A program made the translations under genes and the position numbers. From an uncultured Chlorobiaceae bacterium (GTDB taxonomy: Bacteria; Bacteroidota; Ignavibacteria; UBA10030; SZUA-254): a stretch of DNA of 35,687 nt. The notes under the pieces are model-generated. The model saw nothing but the letters and a program-made list of their open reading frames with translations, was not told where the DNA came from and ran no database searches. Within the stretch, counting starts at the first letter, position 1; every line of letters begins with the position of its first letter. Of this stretch, positions 17,962 through 26,019 are shown in pieces. The DNA lies in NCBI GenBank assembly GCA_964354485.1, contig CAYGZY010000060.1:1-35687 (forward strand). The letters run 5' to 3'.

Positions 17962-20229
17962 ATGAAAAAAACACGACGTGAATTTCTCGCAAAACTCGGC
18001 GCCACAGTCGGCGCTATTACGATTGGAAAGAATATCATGCTACAATTTGATGCGCATGCTGAAGAAACTGATGCAACACAGATCCAGGTGCTCGGCGGCA
18101 AGGGAGGAGACCGGGTGCAGGTCGACTTCCGCTATGCTCCCAAGGACTGGCAATCAACATACTGTTTCCCGGATGATCCCCACAAGAGCCTCGTGGGAAG
18201 GTTAGGTGATATGCGGTATGGACATGAAGGGATAGAAAAAGATGAGAAATTCTTCCCGCATGTCATTACCATCGGTCTGAAAGGAAGAGAACCACTCAAA
18301 TACATCGATCAGAAACTCGAATCACCGTGGATACCGATCATCACGACCTCTTTGGACGGCGGGGATGTGATCGTTACGCTAACTACCTTCGCATCGAAAA
18401 ATGAAGATGAGGGACGGGTCGACAATCTCCTTGTGGAAATCAAGTCAAAGGAAGGGGGGAAGATCCAGTGTTCCCCCGAAATATTGCTGAAGTCGGCGGA
18501 CAAATTTCACCTCTTAAGTGACGATGATTATTCAATTGTGCAGGTTGATGATGTTGCAAAGAAAGTATTTTTTATAGTTGACCGGCCTGCAGTAGTATCT
18601 GAGAGTGAGGGGGAAAAACGCTACGACCTCTCAACGTCGGATGTGGAAGGTGAGAAACCAATAAGATGCTTTATCCGGTTCCCGCAAGACGGACAGGAAT
18701 TCGAAAAGCTCGAAGATGGTCTGGAGGAACCTGAAGAACTTCTGGCTGGAACGAAATTGTTTTGGCAGAATCTCAAACCGACTGAAGGAAAGGTCGCATG
18801 GGGACTGATCGATCCGTATGAGAGTTTTTTTGCGGCAAGCGTCCGTAATATTCTGCAGTCACGTGAAGTTAAAAATGGAAAAAAGATTTTTCAGGTAGGA
18901 CCGACCGTTTATAGAGGATTATGGGTGGTGGATGGTCTTTCGATTACTGAGGCGGCGCGTTACCTCGGTTACGACAATGAAGCGCAGGAGGGATTGGAGG
19001 CTATTTGGGAAAAACAGGGAGAGGGTGGAATTTTTAAGGCGGGCGCCGGGGAAGCTCATTGGAAAGATACGGCAGTTGCAGTGTATGCTTTAATTCGTCA
19101 TGCGGAGCTGACACAAAACTGGGACTACTTTAATCAGATGTATCCGGATGCCTTCAACGGACTGATGGCGCTGAAGGATTTACGAGATCGGGCATACCAG
19201 GACGGCACGGCGAATGGCAATTATCGATTACTCCCGAAGGGATACGGAGATAGTGGTATCGGCGGAATAAGGGAAGAGTTTACAAATACAATTTGGGCGC
19301 TGGTCGCTCTTAAGGCACTCGACAGTGTAATATACCGCATCCCTATGCAGAAAAGACCCCTTATCAGAGAATTTTACGGTGAATTGCGTCAGTCATTTTA
19401 TGAAGCCATGCGTCAGGAAAAGCGTCAGCATCCGAATGGATTTTCTTTTCTCCCGATGCTAATGAAGAGCGATCCGAAATGGAACGAGACTGATCTGATG
19501 AAGCAACCGCAATTGCAGGCGGCGCAGATCTATATTTCTCAGGCAATTTTTCCGGGTTTGTTATTCGTCAACGATGATCCGATCGTCACGGGTCACGTGG
19601 AACTTATGAAGGCGATCGTGAAGGAAGATATCCCCGCAGAGACCGGCTGGTTGTCCAATAATGCTGTGTGGCCATATAACGCGGCGATCACCGCGCAGGC
19701 ATTTTTATATCTGGGGATGCCGGATATAGCGCGTAAATTTTTTATCGGATTTTTAAATCACGCTTCGCCGCTGTACGCGTGGCGCGAGGAACAATCCCTG
19801 CAGAGCGCCGAGGTATTCAACTATATCGGCGACATGCCGCATAACTGGGCGAGCGCCGAATGCATAAGGTACCTTCGTCATATGATGGTACTGGAGGATG
19901 ACCGCAACCTGCAACTTTTCCGGGGAATCGGCATACCGGAGTTGAAAGCCGAAAAGGCGATGTCGCTGACTTATACGCCAACCCGCTGGGGGAGAGTTAC
20001 TGTTACCCTTGAACCGGTCGATATCAATACGTGGAAAACGCATTTCAAACGCGAGGATTTCGATGAGAGTACCATGCCTAAAATCGACTACGTCATGATG
20101 CCGAGAAAACTCGCCGGGAAGTATTATTTCGACAAGATTGTCGGTGCAAAAGGATTCAAAGAGGGAGAACGCTCGTTTGTGCGATCGAATGAAACAGAAT
20201 GGGAATGCACATGGAAATCGTTCAGCTGA
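17962..20229 (+). CDS. Tat-exported protein with a probable (alpha/alpha)6-barrel glycoside-hydrolase-like domain; family not assignable by eye
   Basis: Twin-arginine signal KTRREFLAKLGATVGAI. The C-terminal half has helical-hairpin style motifs (IWALVALKAL, NAVWPYNAAITAQAFLYLG, DMPHNWASAE) seen in six-hairpin glycosidases. Confidence 0.45.
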   Translation: MKKTRREFLAKLGATVGAITIGKNIMLQFDAHAEETDATQIQVLGGKGGDRVQVDFRYAPKDWQSTYCFPDDPHKSLVGRLGDMRYGHEGIEKDEKFFPHVITIGLKGREPLKYIDQKLESPWIPIITTSLDGGDVIVTLTTFASKNEDEGRVDNLLVEIKSKEGGKIQCSPEILLKSADKFHLLSDDDYSIVQVDDVAKKVFFIVDRPAVVSESEGEKRYDLSTSDVEGEKPIRCFIRFPQDGQEFEKLEDGLEEPEELLAGTKLFWQNLKPTEGKVAWGLIDPYESFFAASVRNILQSREVKNGKKIFQVGPTVYRGLWVVDGLSITEAARYLGYDNEAQEGLEAIWEKQGEGGIFKAGAGEAHWKDTAVAVYALIRHAELTQNWDYFNQMYPDAFNGLMALKDLRDRAYQDGTANGNYRLLPKGYGDSGIGGIREEFTNTIWALVALKALDSVIYRIPMQKRPLIREFYGELRQSFYEAMRQEKRQHPNGFSFLPMLMKSDPKWNETDLMKQPQLQAAQIYISQAIFPGLLFVNDDPIVTGHVELMKAIVKEDIPAETGWLSNNAVWPYNAAITAQAFLYLGMPDIARKFFIGFLNHASPLYAWREEQSLQSAEVFNYIGDMPHNWASAECIRYLRHMMVLEDDRNLQLFRGIGIPELKAEKAMSLTYTPTRWGRVTVTLEPVDINTWKTHFKREDFDESTMPKIDYVMMPRKLAGKYYFDKIVGAKGFKEGERSFVRSNETEWECTWKSFS

Positions 20230-20465
20230 GGGATAAACCTGCCATTTTATTCCTATGGAAATACTGGATGATACAATTGAACGGTACAGGAAAATATTTG
20301 GTTGTGAACCGCAAATGCAATTGATAGTCTCGTGGAACGAATCAGATCCGGGTATCCACGCCGCGCAGGTCGATTAATGACATTTTATATTGCGAAAACG
20401 GAAGATGGAGCTTCCGTCATGAACATTCGCGATGGAACTGCATCTGTCCCCGTAGTAATGCTTCA

Positions 20466-22736
20466 ATGAAATTCCTGCGATTTCTGTCTCTCCTCTTTTT
20501 ATTATTTGTCCCGCTACTCCGCGCTCAGGAGAAAGTCACACTGCGAATCGTCGACTGGGCCGCCACCGAGGAAATGCCGCTTGATGAACTCGCAATCGAA
20601 GCGTTTGAAAAGGAATACCCATGGATCGATGTCCTTTATGAACCGAATCCGGGGAGGCAGTATGAAGAAAAAATTCTTACAGGTCTGGCTGCAGATTCAC
20701 CCCCGGACGTCTTTCTCCTTGATTCCAAACTGATTCCGACCTTCACAAACAAAAAAGTACTACTCGATCTCACGCCGTATATCCGGAAGCTCGGTATCGA
20801 CACGACTCAATGGTTCCCGAATGTCCTTGCAATAGCACGTCGGGGGAGCAGTCTCTATGCATTTCCCAAGGGTTTTACACCGTTAATGATGTATTACAAT
20901 AAAAGTCTCTTCAGGAGCGCCGGAATTCCGTATCCATCGCCGACGTGGGATTGGAATGAATATCTGAAAATCTCTCAGCAGTTGACTATAGATACCGACG
21001 GTGACGGGCATATGGATCAGTACGGTACAGCATTCACTAACTACTTCTTTCTCTGGATTCCCTGGGTGTGGTCAGCCGGAGGTGATGTAGTTGATCCGGA
21101 CGGAATGCTTTCGAATAATTACCTGAACTCGCCCGTAACAGAAAATGTTTTACGGTTTTTAATTGATTTACGGATAAAGCATAAAGTCGCTCCGGACGTA
21201 GGCACCTGGGTACAGGCGGAAAAAACCGGAACGAATCCATCTCTGTTCGCAAATGGTAAGATTGCCATGATTCTCGACGGGCACTGGCGTATGCCGAAGT
21301 ATGTGAAGTATGTGAACGAAGGAATTCTCGACATTGGAGTTGCTCCGCTCCCCGGATCCCCGTCGGGGAAAAAGGTAAATGTGATGTATGAATCCGGATG
21401 GTGCGTCCCCGTGAACGCGAAGCATTCGGAAGAAGCCGTCATCCTTGCAGCGTTTATGTCGGGCGAGACTGCGTGCCGTATCCGATCAGTCGGTCGGCTG
21501 GAAATTCCTGCCAACATGAAAGTTGCACAGGAAGCAGTTATGAATGATCCTACCGGTATGGAACAGGTGTTCCTCGATGAAGTGCCGTACTGCCGTCAAC
21601 CGTGGGGTTCCATCATCGAACGCTTCAGCGAGATCGAATGGACTATCCAGGATGCCGTCGATGAGGTCATGCTGAATTCAAAACCGATGCACGAAACGAT
21701 GACCTCATATGCAGGTCGAATCGACAAGGAGTTGAACCAGATACGGAGCCACCCACAGCTTGAGTTTAAACCTATAAAGGAACATACGGAAATTCTGTGG
21801 TTCCTTCTCGGAGTATCTGCCGCTGCAGCAGGGATATGTCTGGCTGCATACTTCCTTTCAAAATGGAAGGAACGCAGAACACTTGCGGTTTCACTGACAT
21901 TTATCTCACCGTCACTCATTCATCTGGTGGTGTTTGTATTCACTCCGATAATTTTTTCTGCATATCTCAGCCTTCATCGCTGGGATATCGTCGTACCTGA
22001 GAAACCATTTGTCGGACTCGGAAATTTTTCCGATATGGCGGGAGATTCAATGTTCTGGAACGCCCTGAAAAACACGCTGCTCTACTCGCTCAATGTGCCT
22101 TTCGGCATGGCGCTATCCCTCGTCGTCGCGCTCATGATGCACCGAAAGCTTAAGGGACTCAGTATTTTGAGGACGCTCTACTTCCTGCCGAGCGTGACAT
22201 CATTCGTGGCTATTGCACTTGTGTGGATGTGGATCTACCATCCGACGTTCGGCGCTGCCAATTTTTTCCTTAGTCTGGTTGGATTGCCTCCCCAGCAATG
22301 GTTGAATTCATCGGGGAGCGCCATGATTTCTATAATGATTTTTACTATATGGATGGGAATCGGATACCAGATGGTTATATTTCTGGCGGGTCTTCAGGGG
22401 ATTCCGGAGGAATTCTACGAAGCGGCTCGCATCGACGGAGCTTCGCGGTGGCAGAGATTCTGGTCAATCACACTGCCGCTGCTGAAACCGACTACATTTT
22501 TCATTCTTGTTACATCGTTCATAGCATCGTTCCAGGTTTTCACGACGGTCTATATCATGACTGCAGGCGGTCCTGTGAGGAGTACCGACGTGATTGTCTA
22601 TCATATCTACCAGTCGGCATGGGAACAACTGCGGATGGGCTACGCATCAGCAATGTCGTGGGTCCTCTTTCTGATCATCATGATCGCAACCTGGATCCAG
22701 TTTAAACTCATGGGCAAAGGTGTGGATTATACATGA
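20466..22736 (+). CDS. Fusion protein: family-1 extracellular solute-binding protein + linker TM + carbohydrate (CUT1-type, MalF/UgpA-like) ABC permease
   Basis: Signal peptide ending LLRA-QEK, then an SBP_bac_1-like domain of about 430 aa. An extra TM span ILWFLLGVSAAAAGICLAAYFL lies at nt 21792-21857. This is followed by a 6-TM permease with the EAA loop EAARIDGASRWQRFWSITLPLLKP. Confidence 0.8.
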   Translation: MKFLRFLSLLFLLFVPLLRAQEKVTLRIVDWAATEEMPLDELAIEAFEKEYPWIDVLYEPNPGRQYEEKILTGLAADSPPDVFLLDSKLIPTFTNKKVLLDLTPYIRKLGIDTTQWFPNVLAIARRGSSLYAFPKGFTPLMMYYNKSLFRSAGIPYPSPTWDWNEYLKISQQLTIDTDGDGHMDQYGTAFTNYFFLWIPWVWSAGGDVVDPDGMLSNNYLNSPVTENVLRFLIDLRIKHKVAPDVGTWVQAEKTGTNPSLFANGKIAMILDGHWRMPKYVKYVNEGILDIGVAPLPGSPSGKKVNVMYESGWCVPVNAKHSEEAVILAAFMSGETACRIRSVGRLEIPANMKVAQEAVMNDPTGMEQVFLDEVPYCRQPWGSIIERFSEIEWTIQDAVDEVMLNSKPMHETMTSYAGRIDKELNQIRSHPQLEFKPIKEHTEILWFLLGVSAAAAGICLAAYFLSKWKERRTLAVSLTFISPSLIHLVVFVFTPIIFSAYLSLHRWDIVVPEKPFVGLGNFSDMAGDSMFWNALKNTLLYSLNVPFGMALSLVVALMMHRKLKGLSILRTLYFLPSVTSFVAIALVWMWIYHPTFGAANFFLSLVGLPPQQWLNSSGSAMISIMIFTIWMGIGYQMVIFLAGLQGIPEEFYEAARIDGASRWQRFWSITLPLLKPTTFFILVTSFIASFQVFTTVYIMTAGGPVRSTDVIVYHIYQSAWEQLRMGYASAMSWVLFLIIMIATWIQFKLMGKGVDYT

Positions 22737-23596
22737 CAGGAGGTATTCGCATAACAGGTATGGGCAAACGGGGTGTGATGAAGGCCGGACTGCCGATCAT
22801 AATATCGATTGTGCTGTTTCTTCTTGCGTGTTCCATGCTTATCCCGTTTATATGGATGGTAAGCACGTCATTGATGAGCGAGCTCGAGGTCTATCAGTTC
22901 CCTCCAAAGTTTCTGCCGACGAGCTGGAGATGGTCAAATTTTATTGAAGCAATGACATTACAACCGTTCGGCCGATTTTTTCTGAATTCCGCCATCGTCG
23001 CCGCCGCTTCTGTAATCGGTCAGTTGATATTTTGTTCCATGGCAGCATATGCATTTGCCCGTCTGCCCTTCCGCGGCCGCGAGAAACTTTTTGCTTTGTA
23101 CCTCTCGACAATGATGATTCCCGCAATCGTCACGATTATTCCCGCATTCCTCATTATCAATGCATTCGGGTGGATGAATACCTACTGGGCGCTCTTTACG
23201 CCGACCCTTTCGAGTGTCTGGGGGATTTTTCTTTTACGGCAGTTTTTCCAGACTATCCCCAAGGATCTTGAAGATGCCGCACGTGTGGACGGCGCTTCTG
23301 AATTTACTATCTTCTGGAAAATCGTCATGCCGCTATCGAAACCGGCCCTCGCAACGCTCGCAATTTTTGCCTTCATGGGAAGCTGGAAGGATTTTCTCTG
23401 GCCCCTCATCGTAACCAACAGGAATGATATGAGAACCGTGGAAGTGGGGATTGCCAACTTCAGCTCGCTTTATACGACCGACTGGCCGCATCAGATGGCA
23501 GCCGCTGTGATCGTTATGTTGCCCATCATCGTGGTTTTTATATTTGCACAGAAGTATTTTGTACGCGGTATAACGCTCACCGGACTAAAGGGATAG
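22733..23596 (+). CDS. Carbohydrate ABC transporter permease (MalG/UgpE-like)
   Basis: EAA loop DAARVDGASEFTIFWKIVMPLSKPAL and six hydrophobic spans. ATGA overlap with the upstream fusion gene. Confidence 0.85.
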   Translation: MTGGIRITGMGKRGVMKAGLPIIISIVLFLLACSMLIPFIWMVSTSLMSELEVYQFPPKFLPTSWRWSNFIEAMTLQPFGRFFLNSAIVAAASVIGQLIFCSMAAYAFARLPFRGREKLFALYLSTMMIPAIVTIIPAFLIINAFGWMNTYWALFTPTLSSVWGIFLLRQFFQTIPKDLEDAARVDGASEFTIFWKIVMPLSKPALATLAIFAFMGSWKDFLWPLIVTNRNDMRTVEVGIANFSSLYTTDWPHQMAAAVIVMLPIIVVFIFAQKYFVRGITLTGLKG

Positions 23597-23759
23597 ATAC
23601 CGTTATCTACTGGGTTATGTAATTTTTCCAAGTGACCGTCAAAACAGCTTCCCATGTTATGTGAATGGTTGTACCCGGTATCTGGAATATCATCCCTTAA
23701 TTATGTAGATTAAAATTAGAAAAACGTCGAACTATAGGATCGGAAGGAGGATGTATAGC

Positions 23760-25853
23760 ATGATGAAGCGTGTGTTCTTACTGGTTGCCATTTTGATGTC
23801 TGTCCAGTCCTTGCTGGCGCAATATCAGAATATCCGCATCAGTAAAATTACAAGCACGACACCTGAAGAAGTTACCATCACTATTAATCCTGTGCACAAA
23901 AACAATCTCGCCGCAGGTGCAAATCTCAACTTTTCATACTACTCGTTGGATAGCGGTTATACATGGATAGAGCAAAAATTAACCTCAAGTGACTTCGGTG
24001 TTTGGGGGGATCCTTGTGTCGTCTTTGACGCGCAAGGAAATTTACATTTTGGCCACCTCTCTAATCCACCTTTATCCGGTTACTGGATCGATCGGATCGT
24101 AGTTCAGCGCTCCACAGACGGCGGTGCGACATGGAACAACGGTGTTGGCGTCGGATACAACCCACCGGATAAAAATCAGGACAAGGAGTGGATCGCAGTC
24201 GATTTGACCAACTCCTCATACCGTAACAATATCTACATGGCATGGACTGAATTCGACGATTATGGCAGCAGCCTGCCTTCGGACAGCACGAGAATTTTAT
24301 TTTCACGGTCGACAGACGCAGGACTAACGTGGGTGTCACCCGTACGTCTGAGCGATCAGGGTGGTAACTGTATCGATAGTGACAGTACCGTGGAAGGAGC
24401 GGTACCCGCCGTTGGGCCGAATGGTGAAGTGTATGTAAGCTGGTCGGGACCTTTGGGGATCGTATTCGATAAATCAACTGACGGGGGTGTAACATTCGGT
24501 CAGGATATTTTCGTTACCGACCATCCCGGTGGCTGGGATTTTAATATCCCGGGTATCTATCGGTGCAACGGAATGCCGGTTACCGCGTGCGACGCCGGCA
24601 ACTCGCCTTTTAGGGGAAACATTTACATCAATTGGTCGGATCAGAGATATGGAGAGAATAATACGGATATTTTTCTTATCAAGTCGACAGATGGCGGTAA
24701 CACGTGGGGATATGTAAAGCAGGTGAATGATGATCTATCCGGTCGGCATCAGTTTTTCACATGGATGACTGTCGATCAACTTAATGGATATTTATATATA
24801 GTATTTTACGATCGGCGAAATACTTTAGGTGATACGACTGATGTGTATGTCGCGCGGTCTGTGGATGGCGGGGATACATTTACAAATATTAAAGTAAACA
24901 CCGCATCATTTGTTCCCCAATCAAATGTCTTTTTCGGCGATTATACAAACATTGCAGCGCTCAACGGAAGAGTATATCCAATGTGGATGCGTATGGACGG
25001 CGGATCTTTAAGTGTATGGACAGCTATCATCGATGAGCGTCTTACACGTGAGATGTATGTTAATGAAGGATGGAATCTCATGTCGGTACCGATGTACCTC
25101 GAAGATTATGCGAATGAAATGGTGTTTCCATCAAAAGTCTCTGACGCATATCGGTACGACGGAACGTACCATGGTGTGGAGTCTAGTGGAAGAAATTTCG
25201 GATTTTGGATGAAGTTTGATGAAACCCAGACAGTTGATATAACGGGCGTCGATGTTTTCTTTGATTCAATCCGCTTGAATGCTGGATGGAATATAATAGG
25301 TTCGATAAGTACACCGGTTGCGGTGTCAACTATCGAGAGTGATCCGCCGGGCATGGTTTTATCGGAGTTTTTTACATACAGGGATAGCAGTTATTCGAGC
25401 GTCGATACTCTGTATCCATGGAATGGGTATTGGGTTAAATCCGACAGGGTGGGGAAGCTGGTCATCGGTGAAAATACGGTTGTATCGTCTGCAAATCGGA
25501 TTATTATTCGCTCCGACGGAGAATTGCCTCCACCGCCGCCTATCGACGCTGAGCAGGCAATCCCGCATCGATTTGTGCTTTATCAGAACTATCCAAACCC
25601 GTTTAATTCCACGACCAAGATGTCATTTGTCATTAGCTCGCCCGCCGGCTCTTTGGCGGGTAATTTATCATTTGTGACGTTGAAGATATATGATTTACTC
25701 GGGAGGGAAGTTGCGACACTCGTGAATAAAGTTTTGCACTCTGGTATTCACTTTGCTGAATGGGACGCGGGTAAATATCCAAGCGGTGTCTATTATTATC
25801 GTCTGAGCGCAGGAAGTTTCACCGATGTAAAGAAAATGGTGCTCATCAGATAA
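23760..25853 (+). CDS. BNR-repeat (sialidase / beta-propeller-like) secreted protein with a T9SS C-terminal sorting domain
   Basis: Five Asp-box repeats: STDGGATW, STDAGLTW, STDGGVTF, STDGGNTW and SVDGGDTF. Signal peptide ending LLAQ. C-terminal YQNYPNPFNSTTKMSF...VTLKIYDLLGREVATLVN...GVYYYRL...KKMVLIR. AGGAGG (23745-23750) favours the ATG at 23760 (9-nt spacing) over the track start at 23751. Confidence 0.8.
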   Translation: MMKRVFLLVAILMSVQSLLAQYQNIRISKITSTTPEEVTITINPVHKNNLAAGANLNFSYYSLDSGYTWIEQKLTSSDFGVWGDPCVVFDAQGNLHFGHLSNPPLSGYWIDRIVVQRSTDGGATWNNGVGVGYNPPDKNQDKEWIAVDLTNSSYRNNIYMAWTEFDDYGSSLPSDSTRILFSRSTDAGLTWVSPVRLSDQGGNCIDSDSTVEGAVPAVGPNGEVYVSWSGPLGIVFDKSTDGGVTFGQDIFVTDHPGGWDFNIPGIYRCNGMPVTACDAGNSPFRGNIYINWSDQRYGENNTDIFLIKSTDGGNTWGYVKQVNDDLSGRHQFFTWMTVDQLNGYLYIVFYDRRNTLGDTTDVYVARSVDGGDTFTNIKVNTASFVPQSNVFFGDYTNIAALNGRVYPMWMRMDGGSLSVWTAIIDERLTREMYVNEGWNLMSVPMYLEDYANEMVFPSKVSDAYRYDGTYHGVESSGRNFGFWMKFDETQTVDITGVDVFFDSIRLNAGWNIIGSISTPVAVSTIESDPPGMVLSEFFTYRDSSYSSVDTLYPWNGYWVKSDRVGKLVIGENTVVSSANRIIIRSDGELPPPPPIDAEQAIPHRFVLYQNYPNPFNSTTKMSFVISSPAGSLAGNLSFVTLKIYDLLGREVATLVNKVLHSGIHFAEWDAGKYPSGVYYYRLSAGSFTDVKKMVLIR

Positions 25854-25855
25854 CG

Positions 25856-26000
25856 AGCAGAGCTTGCAAACCTTGCGAAGGTTAACTCTGCTTAAGCTTC
25901 ACAGACCTTCGCAAGGTTCGCTAGACAACCAAAGCAAACTGAGTAAACCTTTCGAAGGATTGCTCTGCTTGAACATAACAAACCTTCGCAAGATTCGCTA
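25856..26000. repeat. Four copies of an ACCTTCGCAAGGT-type palindromic module
   Basis: Nested hairpin at 25856-25892: agcagag...aaccttgcgaaggtt...ctctgct. Further modules: accttcgcaaggt (25905-25917), ccttTCGaagg (25948-25958) and aaccttcgcaagattcgcta (25981-26000). Module starts at 25869, 25904, 25946 and 25981 are separated by 35, 42 and 35 nt, all multiples of 7. Confidence 0.7.
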
Positions 26001-26019
26001 AAATAATCAGGAGTTCAAG

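Noticed and set aside
23751-23759. ATG at 23751 as the start of the BNR/T9SS protein.
   Set aside because: AGGAGG ends at 23750, directly abutting this ATG. The ATG at 23760 is 9 nt from the SD and gives a normal signal peptide (MMKRVFLLVAILMSVQSLLA). Either is possible and the difference is 3 codons.
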